Source: an uncultured Chlamydiae bacterium (GTDB taxonomy: Bacteria; Chlamydiota; Chlamydiia; Chlamydiales; JAJFMB01). Taken from it: a stretch of 64,000 bases of DNA. The notes beneath the pieces were generated by a model. It was not told where the DNA came from. It did not search any database and saw only the letters and a program-made list of their open reading frames with translations. Location of the stretch: positions 2,656,001 to 2,720,000 of the forward strand of contig CAVOJR010000001.1 of assembly GCA_963696295.1 (NCBI GenBank), given 5' to 3'. Each line of letters opens with the position of its first letter. The stretch's first letter is position 1. Of the stretch, positions 28,350 to 39,330 are shown piece after piece. A program made the position numbers and the translations under genes.

Positions 28350-30619
28350 TCCATTTAACTATCGACGGAAAAGAGATCACTGTCCCAAAAGGGACAACCG
28401 TATTCAAAGCCGCACAACAACTCGGCGTGGAAATTCCGGTTTTTTGCTACCAGGACCGCATGCCTCCCTTTGGCGCCTGCCGCGTCTGTCTGGTTGAAGT
28501 GGATAAAATGGGAAAGCTGCAGACCTCCTGCTCCCTTGAGGCGACCGAAGGGATGGTCGTTAAAACAGAAAGCGCTCTTGCGAAAGAGGGGCGGAATAAC
28601 ATTATCGAATTTTTGCTGATCAACCATCCGCTCGATTGCCCCATCTGCGATCGGGGCGGCGAGTGCCCTCTGCAGGAACACACCATGGAAGCCGGACGGG
28701 GGAGCAGCCGCTTTTATGAAGAGAAGCGCCATTTTAAAAAGCCGATTCCGCTTGGGTCCGTGCTGATGCTGGACCGGGAGCGGTGTATCACTTGCGCCCG
28801 GTGCACCCGCTTTGGCGATCTGGTCGCCGGCGATCATGCCCTTGAGTTTATCGACCGCGGCTATAGATCCGAAGTAGGAACGCCGGGCGGCCGGCCGGTC
28901 GAATCGAAATTTATCGGCAATACGATCATGATCTGCCCTGTAGGAGCCCTGACCAGCCAGGTTTACCGCTTCCGCGCGCGCCCCTGGGATAACGATTCAA
29001 GCCCAAGCACGTGTACCTTATGTCCGGTCGGCTGCAGCCTCATGCTCGATTCGCGGGACGGGGAAATCGTCCGCACGCGGGCGCAGGAAAACCGGGAAGT
29101 GAATGACATATGGCTTTGCGACAAAGGGTGGTTTGGCTATGAGTTTACCGATCATCAAAACCGCTTGCAGCAGCCCTACGTTCGCAAAAACAACGAATTG
29201 CAGCCGGCCACCTGGGATGAGGCGCTTTCGCTGGTGGCTGAGAAAATTTTAGAGACGAAGCGCGAAGGCAAGATAGCTGCTTTTGGCGGAAATCCGCTGA
29301 CCTTGGAAGAGAATTTCCTCTTCCAGAAGCTCTACCGGACCGGGGCCGGGGTGAATAATCTCGATCACCGGATCGGGATGCCGCTCCATACTTTAGACGA
29401 GGAGGGGCTGTCCGCAGGGATGGAGATGACCATCGGTGAGACTGAAGACCTCTCTTTTGCTCTTTTGCTCGGCCTCGATATCACCGAGGAATTTCCGGTG
29501 GTGTGGCTTCGCTTGAAGCAGGCGATCAATAAAGGCGCGAGAGTCCAATTTATCGGACATTTCGCCCCCGAAGTCGCTCCCCATCTAGCCAAGACCCTTA
29601 TCCATCCTCCCGGAAAAGAATTGGAGAGCATCAGAGAGTGGGCTCAATCCCTCGAGAGCTCGCAAAAAGGGGCCGTCTTTATCGGAAGGCAGTATTTGTC
29701 CATGCCGAACCGCAAGGGGATTTTGGCTGAACTCATGCATTTGAGAGAAAGATTCCCCAATTTGAAACTCAATATTATGGAAGGGCAGGGCAATAGCATG
29801 GGCGCCAGGCTCGCCGGGATGCATCCGGAGCTTGGGGCAGATGGCGTGCGATTAAGGCAGCCGGGGCTTAACTATTTAGAAGTGCTTCAGAGCGCTGCGG
29901 CCGGCGGTTGGGGCCTGCTGCACGTAGCAGGAGCGGATCCTGCCAAAAAATGCCCAAAACTTTGGGAAAAAGCGCGCGCCAACCTCGATTTCCTGGTCGT
30001 TCAGGATCTTTTTTTGACAGAGACAGCCAGACAGGCCGATGTCGTGCTGCCGACGCTCGCGTATGTAGAAAAATCGGGCTCGTTTATCAATATTGAAGGG
30101 CGCGTGCAGCCGCTGAATCCCGGGAAAAAGATCCCTGACAATCTCTTATCCGACGGGCAGATTTTTGAAATCCTCGCAAAAAGGCTCAACCTTCCCGATT
30201 TTGCAAGACAAGGCGAATTTAGCGGAAAAAGGGAATGGAGCATGCCTCGCGGGGAAGTAAAAGAGGCCAAGTCAAAGAGCGATGCTTTCGCAGCCACCTT
30301 CGCCGCCGCTCTCTTTGACCGCGGCGTCCGGATGAAGCACAACCCCCATGTCAAACAACTGGCGAAAGAGCCGTTCATCCGCCTGCACCCTCTCGAGGGG
30401 AACAGACTGGGGATTCAAAATGGAGATAAAGTCCATTTAAGCGCAAACGGAGGGGAGATAAGCGCCAAAGTCAAGCTTGATGAGCGGGTGGCCGAAAAGA
30501 CCGTTGTTTTGCCCCTTGGCTTTGAGCAAGTGCCGGTTCAGGAGCTGGCGCCGGATTTGCTAAACGGATTTCCGGTTGAAATAAAGAAAGACTTGGAAAA
30601 CAGATTTTTATTGATGTAG
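28346..30619 (+). CDS. nuoG: NADH-quinone oxidoreductase subunit G
   Basis: GACRVCLVE, NHPLDCPICDRGGECPLQ, CITCARC, CTLCPVGC (N7 motif). Confidence 0.95.
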   Translation: MIHLTIDGKEITVPKGTTVFKAAQQLGVEIPVFCYQDRMPPFGACRVCLVEVDKMGKLQTSCSLEATEGMVVKTESALAKEGRNNIIEFLLINHPLDCPICDRGGECPLQEHTMEAGRGSSRFYEEKRHFKKPIPLGSVLMLDRERCITCARCTRFGDLVAGDHALEFIDRGYRSEVGTPGGRPVESKFIGNTIMICPVGALTSQVYRFRARPWDNDSSPSTCTLCPVGCSLMLDSRDGEIVRTRAQENREVNDIWLCDKGWFGYEFTDHQNRLQQPYVRKNNELQPATWDEALSLVAEKILETKREGKIAAFGGNPLTLEENFLFQKLYRTGAGVNNLDHRIGMPLHTLDEEGLSAGMEMTIGETEDLSFALLLGLDITEEFPVVWLRLKQAINKGARVQFIGHFAPEVAPHLAKTLIHPPGKELESIREWAQSLESSQKGAVFIGRQYLSMPNRKGILAELMHLRERFPNLKLNIMEGQGNSMGARLAGMHPELGADGVRLRQPGLNYLEVLQSAAAGGWGLLHVAGADPAKKCPKLWEKARANLDFLVVQDLFLTETARQADVVLPTLAYVEKSGSFINIEGRVQPLNPGKKIPDNLLSDGQIFEILAKRLNLPDFARQGEFSGKREWSMPRGEVKEAKSKSDAFAATFAAALFDRGVRMKHNPHVKQLAKEPFIRLHPLEGNRLGIQNGDKVHLSANGGEISAKVKLDERVAEKTVVLPLGFEQVPVQELAPDLLNGFPVEIKKDLENRFLLM

Positions 30620-30630
30620 GTTGAAATATA

Positions 30631-31608
30631 GTGGACGTTATTATTGCTCTCATTAAAGGATTAGTCTTGATCGGGGTGCTCTTTGGCGCCGCGGCTTACA
30701 TGACCCTCTGCGAAAGAGTGGTCATGGCGTGGATGCAGCTTCGCTTAGGCCCGAACCGCGTCGGTCCGTTGGGGCTGCTGCAACCCATCGCCGATGGGAT
30801 TAAGCTTCTTTGCAAAGAGGGCTTTCAGCCGGCCGGCGTGGAGAAATTCACCTATTGGCTCGCTCCCGGAATTTCCCTTTTTGTCGCCCTGTTTGTTTTT
30901 GTGCTGATTCCCGTGGGCGGAACGGTGCAGATCTTCGGGCGCCCGGTCACTCTGCAGATCGCCGATCTCAATTCAGGCATACTATTTCTTCTGGCTTGTT
31001 CATCCTTAGGTGTTTATGGGATTGTGTTGGCGGGCTGGGGTTCGAACAACCGCTACTCTCTCTTAGGGGGCTTACGGGGGACGGCGCAGATGATCAGCTA
31101 CGAAATCCCCATGGGGATCTCGCTGCTCACAGTCGTGCTCGCCGCCGGGACTTTAAGCTTATCAAAAATCGTTGACGCTCAAACCAATCATTGGTTCATA
31201 TGGACCAACCCAATCAGCTTTATCATCTACCTGATCTCCGCTTTTGCCGAAACCAACCGCTCTCCATTCGATCTGCCCGAAGCGGAACATGAGCTGACAG
31301 GGGGGTATCACACCGAATACGGGGGATTGAAGTTCGCCGTCTTTTTCCTCGCCGAATATGTGAATATCCTGGCCGTCTCATCCATTGCGGTCACCCTCTT
31401 CTTTGGAGGGTGGCATGGACCCTGGGATCTGCCCGTAGTGTGGTTCGTTTTGAAGGTGGCGCTTTTTGTCTTCTTCTTTATTTGGGTGAGGGCCACCATG
31501 GCGCGCTTCCGCTACGATCAGCTGATGAGCTTTGGCTGGAAAGTGTTGATCCCCATAGCTATCGCTAATTTGATTATCACCGCATTTTTTAGACTAGGAG
31601 TGAAATGA
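30631..31608 (+). CDS. nuoH: NADH-quinone oxidoreductase subunit H
   Basis: [34 protein letters not shown]. Confidence 0.97.
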   Translation: MDVIIALIKGLVLIGVLFGAAAYMTLCERVVMAWMQLRLGPNRVGPLGLLQPIADGIKLLCKEGFQPAGVEKFTYWLAPGISLFVALFVFVLIPVGGTVQIFGRPVTLQIADLNSGILFLLACSSLGVYGIVLAGWGSNNRYSLLGGLRGTAQMISYEIPMGISLLTVVLAAGTLSLSKIVDAQTNHWFIWTNPISFIIYLISAFAETNRSPFDLPEAEHELTGGYHTEYGGLKFAVFFLAEYVNILAVSSIAVTLFFGGWHGPWDLPVVWFVLKVALFVFFFIWVRATMARFRYDQLMSFGWKVLIPIAIANLIITAFFRLGVK

Positions 31609-32078
31609 AAAAGCAGTTCTACAGAGTCTTGTCGGTATTCAGCGGCCTTTTCATCGTCTTCAAGTACCTCTTTAAGAGGCCGGTGACCATCCGCTATCCC
31701 GAAGAAAAACGAAAGCTGCCCATGCGTTCCCGCGGGCGCCACTATCTGACGAAGTGGGAAGATGGACAGGAGCGGTGCGTCGGCTGCGAACTTTGCGCGA
31801 TCGTCTGCCCGTCTCAGGCAATCTATGTGAAACCGGCCCAAAACGATCCTCAAGCCCCTCACTCCCACGGCGAGCGCTATGCCTCCGACTTCCAGATCAA
31901 TATGCTGCGCTGCATTTACTGCGGCTACTGCGAGGAAGCCTGCCCAACCGGAGCCATTATCCTCAGCAATGAGTATGAGCTCTCGGGCTACTCCCGCGAA
32001 TCGCTGATCTTTACGAAAGAGAAGCTCACCGAAGTCAAACCCGGCGATTCCGGCCGCGATCCCAAAAGGGAGATTTAG
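31605..32078 (+). CDS. nuoI: NADH-quinone oxidoreductase subunit I
   Basis: CVGCELCAIVCP, CIYCGYCEEACP. Confidence 0.97.
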   Translation: MKKQFYRVLSVFSGLFIVFKYLFKRPVTIRYPEEKRKLPMRSRGRHYLTKWEDGQERCVGCELCAIVCPSQAIYVKPAQNDPQAPHSHGERYASDFQINMLRCIYCGYCEEACPTGAIILSNEYELSGYSRESLIFTKEKLTEVKPGDSGRDPKREI

Positions 32079-32079
32079 C

Positions 32080-32592
32080 ATGATACCCTTTGCCACTCCG
32101 GCTCAATGGATCATCAGCCTCTTGCTGATTTTATCGGCGCTAGGCGTCGTTTTAACGAGAAAGCCTGTGCACGCCTGCATCTCCTTTCTGTTCGCTCTGC
32201 TGATGCTGTCGGCGCTTTACTTTCAGCTCGATGCGCAATTCATCGGCGTCATGCAAGTGCTCGTCTATGCCGGCGCGATTCTCGTGATATTCATGTTCGT
32301 CATCGTGCTTTTCCAGGATGCCTACCTGCAAATTGAGAAAACAAAAGGGCAGAGCGACCCCTTCTTCCTGATAGCCTCCGCCTCAGTTTTTGTATTGACT
32401 TTGTTTTTTTTAGCGCTCCGGCTGTTCGGCGCCACTGCCGCCAAGTCTGCCCCGGAGGATTTCGGGACGGTGGAAGCCTTGGGAAAAGCCCTTTATGTGG
32501 ATTACTTCTTCCCGTTTGAAGCTGTGATTTTATTATTTTTGATCGCCCTTATCGGCACTCTGTATATCGGAAAAAAAGAGAAGGTAACTTAA
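32080..32592 (+). CDS. nuoJ: NADH-quinone oxidoreductase subunit J
   Basis: QVLVYAGAILVIFMFV, YFFPFE. Confidence 0.93.
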   Translation: MIPFATPAQWIISLLLILSALGVVLTRKPVHACISFLFALLMLSALYFQLDAQFIGVMQVLVYAGAILVIFMFVIVLFQDAYLQIEKTKGQSDPFFLIASASVFVLTLFFLALRLFGATAAKSAPEDFGTVEALGKALYVDYFFPFEAVILLFLIALIGTLYIGKKEKVT

Positions 32593-32892
32593 ATGGATAT
32601 TTCGCTTTTCCTGTTTGTCAGCATGGCGATGTTTGCTATAGGCATCATCGGGGTATTAGCCAAGCGCAACACCCTGGTATTCTTTTTGTCTATTGAATTG
32701 ATGCTCAACGCGGGCAATCTGCTTTTTGTCGCCTTTGCCAGGTATTGGGGCAATGTGACCGGACTTGTGTGGGTCTTCTTTGTCCTGGTCGTCGCCGCCG
32801 CCGAAGCCGCCGTCGGCTTGGCCATTATTATCAATTTATTTCGCTCTAAGCAAGTGGTTGACGTGGATCAGTACGATAGTTTGAGAGGATAA
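32593..32892 (+). CDS. nuoK: NADH-quinone oxidoreductase subunit K
   Basis: SIELMLNA, VAAAEAAVGLA. Confidence 0.95.
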   Translation: MDISLFLFVSMAMFAIGIIGVLAKRNTLVFFLSIELMLNAGNLLFVAFARYWGNVTGLVWVFFVLVVAAAEAAVGLAIIINLFRSKQVVDVDQYDSLRG

Positions 32893-32894
32893 AA

Positions 32895-34766
32895 ATGGAA
32901 TATGTCGTTTATATAGGGCTTTTCGCTCCCTTGCTCGGCTTTTTAATCTTGATGACCTTTGCAAACCGGGTCGGAAGGGTGGAAACCGGCATCATTGCCT
33001 GCGGGACTGTTTTTATCTCGTTTCTTTGTTTTTTAAGCCTCCTTTACTCTTACAATCACCTCAGCTGGCACCCGCACCAGTACACGCTTTTTAATTGGAT
33101 TCCCGTCAAGGATATCGACGCCAAATTCAGCCTGCTGCTCGACCCGCTCTCCATCCTCATGACATTGGTGATCACAGGCGTTGGTTTTTTGATCCACGTT
33201 TACTCCAACGGCTACATGGATCACGACGAAGATTATGCGAGGTTTTTCGCCAGCATGAATTTCTTCATCTTCTCGATGCTTTTGCTTGTGCTCGCAGGCG
33301 ATATTCTTTTACTCTTTGCCGGCTGGGAAGGGGTGGGGGTCGCTTCCTACCTTTTGATCGGTTACTATTATGAACGCCCGACCGCAGCCGCAGCCGCCCT
33401 GAAAGCCTTTGTGGTCAACCGAATCGGCGACGCAGGCTTTTTGATAGGCCTGCTGCTCACATTCTTTTTGTTTAAGACCGCCAATATCCAAGAAATCACT
33501 GAGAAGGCCGTAGCGGCCTATCCTGTAGGAGCGCCTCTGATGCTCCTCTTGACTTTCCTTTATTTCATCGGGGCAACGGGTAAATCGGCGCAGCTGCCGC
33601 TCCACACGTGGCTTCCTGATGCCATGGAAGGTCCGACACCTGTCTCCGCCCTGATCCACGCCGCCACCATGGTGACTGCCGGCGTCTATCTCGTGGTAAG
33701 GATGCACGCTGTCTATATGCTCGCTCCCGGAACGCTCCATGTGGTCGGTCTGATCGGCGCCATCACCTCCCTTTTCGCCGCTCTTTGCGCCGTCGGACAA
33801 ATCGATTTGAAGCGCGTGCTCGCCTACTCTACTGTCAGCCAGCTCGGCCTGATGTTCCTCGCCTGCGGGGCGGGCGCCTTTTATGCGGCGATGTTCCACC
33901 TCGTCTCACACGCCTTCATCAAAGCCCTTTTGTTCCTTTCAGCCGGTAACGTCGTCCATATGCTGCACGGGCTGACCGATATGCGGAAAATGGGGGGCCT
34001 CCGTCACTATTTTACCAAAACCCACTGGCTCTTTCTCATTGGCGTGCTCGGCCTGGCCGGGATCCCTCCCATGTCGGCCTTCCTTAGCAAAGATCTGATT
34101 TTGGAACAGGAATACCTGATGGGCTTTAAGACCCTCTTTTTTGTCGGCCTGGCCGCTTCGATTTTAACCGGCTTTTATTTGACAAGAGCCTATGTCATGA
34201 CGTTTATCGGAACTTCCCACTTGGAAGAAAGTTTGAAAAAAATCGTAAAAGAGGCCCCTGCTATCATGCTGATTCCGGTGGCCATACTCGCCCTGCTCTC
34301 GTTTTTAGGCAGCCTTCTCGGCTATTCCTTTACCAAACAGACCCCGCCGCTTGAGGAGTTTTTGGAAAAAGTCGATGTAGGCCTGCCCGTGCCCGAACCC
34401 GGCGGATTTGTCCTTTCCACACAAGTGGAGATGTCGATTATCGGCGCCGTTTTTGCTGTTCTGCTCGCCGCCTTCATATATATCCGCTTCGCCGGCCGCC
34501 TCGGCAGCCCTTTGACCCTGCTCAGAAAGGCGTTTTTTTTCGACCAGATCTACGACTTTCTTTTTACCCGCCCGCTGAAAGCGCTGGCCGCCTTTATCGA
34601 CCGGTTCTTAGAACCTAAAGTTTTCGACGGCTCGATCAAAGCCGCCGCCGGAGGCGCCCAAGGCACAGCCGGGCTGCTTCAGTTAATCCAAAGCGGCCAG
34701 ATCCGCTCCTATGTCGCCTGGATGGCCCTCGGCATGGGATTATTAATCGCCTATTTTGTCTTATGA
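32895..34766 (+). CDS. nuoL: NADH-quinone oxidoreductase subunit L
   Basis: GKSAQLPLHTWLPDAMEGPTPVSALIHAATMV. Confidence 0.97.
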   Translation: MEYVVYIGLFAPLLGFLILMTFANRVGRVETGIIACGTVFISFLCFLSLLYSYNHLSWHPHQYTLFNWIPVKDIDAKFSLLLDPLSILMTLVITGVGFLIHVYSNGYMDHDEDYARFFASMNFFIFSMLLLVLAGDILLLFAGWEGVGVASYLLIGYYYERPTAAAAALKAFVVNRIGDAGFLIGLLLTFFLFKTANIQEITEKAVAAYPVGAPLMLLLTFLYFIGATGKSAQLPLHTWLPDAMEGPTPVSALIHAATMVTAGVYLVVRMHAVYMLAPGTLHVVGLIGAITSLFAALCAVGQIDLKRVLAYSTVSQLGLMFLACGAGAFYAAMFHLVSHAFIKALLFLSAGNVVHMLHGLTDMRKMGGLRHYFTKTHWLFLIGVLGLAGIPPMSAFLSKDLILEQEYLMGFKTLFFVGLAASILTGFYLTRAYVMTFIGTSHLEESLKKIVKEAPAIMLIPVAILALLSFLGSLLGYSFTKQTPPLEEFLEKVDVGLPVPEPGGFVLSTQVEMSIIGAVFAVLLAAFIYIRFAGRLGSPLTLLRKAFFFDQIYDFLFTRPLKALAAFIDRFLEPKVFDGSIKAAAGGAQGTAGLLQLIQSGQIRSYVAWMALGMGLLIAYFVL

Positions 34767-34776
34767 GGAATTGTTC

Positions 34777-36180
34777 ATGTTGATCGCCCTATTCGTTATC
34801 CCCTTTATCGCCGCGCTTATAGCCTTTACCATGCCTAAAATTACGAAGAGCTTCGCAGTCGCATTAAGCCTCGTACCGCTCCTGCTGCTCTTGTGGAATC
34901 ACAACAGCTGGATCGGTTCTTACGAAAAACTGAATTGGCTGCCTACCCTCTCGATCGATTTTCATTTGAGCTGCGATGCTCTCTCGCTGCTCTTCCTCTA
35001 CCTGACAGCCGTGATCGTGCCGGTCAGCCTGCTCGCCGCAAATAATATTTCCCTGCCAAACAGCTTCTACGGCCTGGTGCTTTTATTGCAAGGGCTGCTC
35101 ATCGGCTTTTTTACCGCCCGAAACCTTTTCCTCTTCGTCCTCTTCTGGGAAGCAATGCTGGTTCCCCTCTACTTCATAATCGGCTATTGGGGCGGCTTGC
35201 AGAGAAAAGAGGCCTCCATGAAATTTATGATCTATATGATCGCGGGATCGGTCCTGATGGTGGTCGCCATATTGGCTCTCTACTTTTTCGGCCCCCACAC
35301 CTTTGACCTCGACCAGCTGAAAAATATCACGGTCGCTTACGCCCCCTGGCTTTGCGGGATTTTTCTCCTCGCCTTCGCCGTAAAAACGCCTCTTTTTCCC
35401 TTCCACGCCTGGCTGCCGGACGCCTATTGCGAAGCGCCCGTCACGGGCACCATCCTTCTCTCGGCGCTCCTTTCCAAAGCGGGGATCTACGGTATTTTGC
35501 GGATCTCCCTGGAAATTTTCCCCGACATTATGAAAGCGTGGAGCCCATGGCTTCTTGGCCTTGCCATCGCCGGGGTCTTTTATGGAGGCCTCGCCGCGTG
35601 GCGGCAGAGGGATTTCAAACGCCTGATCGCCTATTCCAGCTTCTCCCACGTGAATTTCATCCTCGCCGGCCTCTTTATCTGGAGTCAGACGGCTCAGTCA
35701 GGAGCCATTTTGCAATCGATCAACCACGGGTTGACAATAACGGCCCTGTTTCTTGTCGCCGGCTGGCTTGAGGAGCGGCTCGGCACGCGAGAGATCTCGC
35801 AAGGCAGCGGCCTGACAAAATATATGCCCAAGCTCGCCTGGTGGACGCTTTTCTTTGTTTTGGCCTCCGTAGCCGTTCCCGGCACCAACAGCTTTGTCGG
35901 GGAGCTGATGATTTTGTACGGGCTTTTTGTGAAGCACCCCTGGACAGCCTCCTTTTTAGTTTTAAGCATCATCTTATCCGTAATGTATATGCTCCGCTGG
36001 TTGGAGAAAGTCTATTTTGGCAACCCCAGCCTTTTGCGCAAAAGCTTCCTCGACATTCAAGGCAAGGAGGTTTGCCTGGCTCTTGTGCTGGCCGCCCTGA
36101 TTTTGTGGATAGGGATCTATCCGACGCCTTTTATAAAACTCACCCAGTCCGCCGCTGAAAAAATTGTAGGTTTGTCATGA
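34777..36180 (+). CDS. nuoM: NADH-quinone oxidoreductase subunit M
   Basis: AFAVKTPLFPFHAWLPDAY, KRLIAYSS; ATG at 34777 after GAGGA. Confidence 0.95.
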   Translation: MLIALFVIPFIAALIAFTMPKITKSFAVALSLVPLLLLLWNHNSWIGSYEKLNWLPTLSIDFHLSCDALSLLFLYLTAVIVPVSLLAANNISLPNSFYGLVLLLQGLLIGFFTARNLFLFVLFWEAMLVPLYFIIGYWGGLQRKEASMKFMIYMIAGSVLMVVAILALYFFGPHTFDLDQLKNITVAYAPWLCGIFLLAFAVKTPLFPFHAWLPDAYCEAPVTGTILLSALLSKAGIYGILRISLEIFPDIMKAWSPWLLGLAIAGVFYGGLAAWRQRDFKRLIAYSSFSHVNFILAGLFIWSQTAQSGAILQSINHGLTITALFLVAGWLEERLGTREISQGSGLTKYMPKLAWWTLFFVLASVAVPGTNSFVGELMILYGLFVKHPWTASFLVLSIILSVMYMLRWLEKVYFGNPSLLRKSFLDIQGKEVCLALVLAALILWIGIYPTPFIKLTQSAAEKIVGLS

Positions 36181-37613
36181 ATATTGCCTTGCATTTAAAC
36201 GATCTGTTCGCGCTAAGCCCCCTCCTCATTCTGCTCGTAACCGCTTTGATCCTTCTGCTTGTCGAGACCTTTGCCGAAAAGGCTGCCAAGGAAGGCTCTT
36301 TTTGGATCGCCATGGCGGGCCAGGTGCTTGCGCTGCTCGCAGCTCTCTATGCCCCTGCGAGCGATAATCCGCTCTTGACCCCCTGGCTCAAGTTCGATTC
36401 CCTCGCCCGTCTCTTTAGCGTCTTTTTTCTATCGATCGGCATCGGCACTACTCTGCTCGCCGCCTCTTTTTTCGAGCGCTTTCACGCCACCCGCGGCGAG
36501 TATTACTTTCTGCTGCTCTCGGCTGTTTTCGGCCTGATACTGATCGGGGCCGCCGCAGATTTCCTGACCCTGTTCTTAGGGATAGAAACCCTTTCGATTT
36601 CGCTCTATGTGATGTGCGGCTATATGAAAAAGTGGGAGATGTCCCATGAATCTTCCCTAAAATACTTTCTGATGGGCGCCCTGGCCGCCGCTTTTCTGCT
36701 CTACGGCATCGCCCTGATTTATGGAGCGACAGGCACGACCCGCCTAAGCGCCCTTCTGCCGGCCTATCAGGCGCTGACATCGACGCAAGGCACGGTCCTC
36801 TTTTTAAGCGGCATCGCGCTGGTGACCTTGGCTCTTTGCTTCGAAGCGGCCGTCGTCCCCTTCCACGTTTGGGCGCCCGACGTTTATGATGGCGCGCCGA
36901 CCCCGGTCACCGCCTTTATGGCCGTCGGCACCAAAGTAGGGGCCTTTGCCGCCTTCGCCCGCGTGTTTTTGGACGCCCTGCCGAACTTCAATCCCCTATG
37001 GAATGAAACTATCGCGCTCCTCGCCTATCCCACGCTGATTTACGCCAATTTTGTCGCCTTGAAACAGACGCAGCTCAGACGATTCTTCGCCTATTCCGGC
37101 ATCTCGCACGCAGGCTTCCTGCTCATTCCTCTGGCTGCCGGCACGCCCGACTCGCTCACCGCCCTGCTCTTTTATCTTGTGGTCTATGCTCTTGCTACTC
37201 TCGGCTGCTTCGCCGTGCTCGCCCTGCTTGACGGGCGAAGAGAAGGGGTGATGCTGAACGATCTGCATGGCCTCTTTCGCCGCTCGCCGTTTTTGTCCAG
37301 CTTCTTTGCCCTCTGCCTGCTCACCTTGGCCGGCATCCCGGGCACTCCCGGATTTTTCGCCAAGTTTTACCTCTTTAAAGTCGCTTTTGAAGCCAAATAT
37401 TACGCCCTGATTGTAGTGGCCCTGCTGACAACGATCCTGGCGGCCTATTATTATCTTCGCATCATAGCGCTCATGCTCAGCGAAGCGCCCCACGAAGAAA
37501 CAGCGCCCCGCTCCCTCTGGCCGGCTACCGTGGTCGGAGCCCTCGCCCTGGCCGGCATCGTGTGGCTCTCCTGCTATCCGGAGCCGCTGCTTTCCATGAT
37601 CGCGCTGAAGTAG
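36177..37613 (+). CDS. nuoN: NADH-quinone oxidoreductase subunit N
   Basis: ESSLKYFLMG, VPFHVWAPDVYDGAPTP, YYYLRI. Confidence 0.95.
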   Translation: MNIALHLNDLFALSPLLILLVTALILLLVETFAEKAAKEGSFWIAMAGQVLALLAALYAPASDNPLLTPWLKFDSLARLFSVFFLSIGIGTTLLAASFFERFHATRGEYYFLLLSAVFGLILIGAAADFLTLFLGIETLSISLYVMCGYMKKWEMSHESSLKYFLMGALAAAFLLYGIALIYGATGTTRLSALLPAYQALTSTQGTVLFLSGIALVTLALCFEAAVVPFHVWAPDVYDGAPTPVTAFMAVGTKVGAFAAFARVFLDALPNFNPLWNETIALLAYPTLIYANFVALKQTQLRRFFAYSGISHAGFLLIPLAAGTPDSLTALLFYLVVYALATLGCFAVLALLDGRREGVMLNDLHGLFRRSPFLSSFFALCLLTLAGIPGTPGFFAKFYLFKVAFEAKYYALIVVALLTTILAAYYYLRIIALMLSEAPHEETAPRSLWPATVVGALALAGIVWLSCYPEPLLSMIALK

Positions 37614-38167
37614 ACCTTTTCAAAATTGCCGATAAGCAGTTTGTAAACTCCGGCTGATAGTCCTAATTGAATGTAAGATTTTTACTAGGCCGAGAACCAA
37701 TACCTTAATGACTCACGCAATATTTCAAAATATATCGGATTTTTCAAATCTTTTATCAGACAATAATAGATGTCATTATTAGCGAAGCGGGTCAAATCCT
37801 TAACAAAGAAGTTGTCACCATGCTCTTGATTTAACTCAATTAACTCGTTGGGGTATTTTTTCTGCATGTATGAAAAGAAAGCTCTATTTTCCAAGATTTC
37901 TTATGCGCAGATTGCTGCTAGTTTCAATATTCAGTCCCTACGATGAAAAGGACAAAGCTATGTTGAAATAATATCCCAATCGTCTTTAGGGCTAAACCCG
38001 CTAAAATCGAGTTAATTGGGAGATAGGTTATAAAGGGCTAGGATAGGAGATTCCACAAAGCTGATTACAAGATTAAAGTCGCCAGTTTTGAGGCGGGAGA
38101 TCATAATTTTTTCCAAGGGCCCTTCGACTCCGGGGAATTTCCCTTTGGGCTTGGTTTGCAGCCTGCT

Positions 38168-38779
38168 CTAAAATTTACTCCTCGTCTGCTCCAGTACACT
38201 TAATTGTTTACTCAAGGCCTCTACGCAATTCACTGAACTTACATAGTCAAGCATTAAACGCTCCAAATCTGCCTGATCTTGGATCAGTGCCTCAATATTA
38301 GCGTCGTTAGTTTTTATGGCACTATCAACATCCTTCATTTGCATCGAAATTACATCCATTTCATTCTTAAGTTTCTTCAGTTCTGCCTTTTGTTCATTTG
38401 TAGACCATGATCCCAGCGACTCCAATTTCTGGTATTTAGGCGCTTTCAATTGAAGGTCATCAACGAGTGTACCGTACCGATACCGTAACCGCATACCCTC
38501 ACTGGCCAATGCCAACTGTTTTGTCGCTTGAAAGTCAATTTTCGTTTTAAGTTTCTGAATTTGTTTATTTAGACTGACCTCGTTTTTCTCTATTGCATCG
38601 CGCATTTTTCTTATCTCTTCTATATCCTCCTCAAAATCTTCCTTGCTCTCATAGGAAATTGCAGAAAGCTTAGGAGTATGAATCTCTTCTTGCCCTCCGA
38701 ACTCTAAAGGTGGAGTACTCTGACGCTCACTTGGCCAATAGCCATCAGTATTCACAATAACCCCCTCTATTATGTACAA
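38168..38779 (-). CDS. Hypothetical coiled-coil protein
   Basis: ~200 aa heptad-rich ORF; start uncertain. Confidence 0.6.
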   Translation of the reverse strand: MYIIEGVIVNTDGYWPSERQSTPPLEFGGQEEIHTPKLSAISYESKEDFEEDIEEIRKMRDAIEKNEVSLNKQIQKLKTKIDFQATKQLALASEGMRLRYRYGTLVDDLQLKAPKYQKLESLGSWSTNEQKAELKKLKNEMDVISMQMKDVDSAIKTNDANIEALIQDQADLERLMLDYVSSVNCVEALSKQLSVLEQTRSKF

Positions 38780-38941
38780 TTATAATTATAATTATAATTT
38801 AATTAAAATAACATGAGTTTTAAAAATAAATGGGCAAATTAGAAATTTCCGGATGCAGGCATTAAGACATTATTAAAATAGACAGCTCTTCGACTAAATA
38901 GATGAGAGACATCCCCCATTATCGAAATTAATCGGTGACCT

Positions 38942-39068
38942 CTGACAAAGTTAGCGCCTCTATCCTCTAACCAACAAAAAGAAATCCCGTCTGTCATAAA
39001 CAATATGAAAAGCTTCACACATATTGATCTCTCTAAGAACTACCCAAATCAAATAGGGGAGCTTCTTT
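38942..39068 (+). pseudogene. Degenerate copy of the 3' part of the LRR gene (41830-41974)
   Basis: Shared sequence CTGTCATAAACAATATGAAAAGCTT..ATATTGATCTCTCTAAGAAC..TACCCAAATCAAATAGGGGAGCTTCTTT with a 12-bp deletion. Confidence 0.85.
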
Positions 39069-39330
39069 CACTTTTTCCGGTTTTTCCATATAAGTTTATA
39101 AATTCGATTTATAACATAAACATTTCTCAAAGTTAATTGTTTACATTTTATAGATAATTTAGGCAGCCTCTCCTCTTGAATCGCTTTAGCGAGATAATTG
39201 GTTTATATATTCAAACGATAGGAAATTCAAGAGTGGTCCGTTCTGCATTCCCTCGGTTCGCAGACCGGACCCCAATTTCCTATCCTTTTGAGGGTGTTTG
39301 GGGTATATGCAAAAACGCCCAAGTCAACTT

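Noticed and set aside
23978..37613. Long antisense or overlapping ORFs (100-196 aa) in the nuo operon and other GC-rich genes
   Set aside because: Shadow frames of well-supported genes, with no recognisable motifs
23978..37613. Complete proton-pumping complex I as a novelty
   Set aside because: Canonical nuoA-N order, already known from environmental chlamydiae and many other bacteria
37685..37894. 69-aa ORF downstream of nuoN
   Set aside because: Short, TTG start, no motif; probably a remnant
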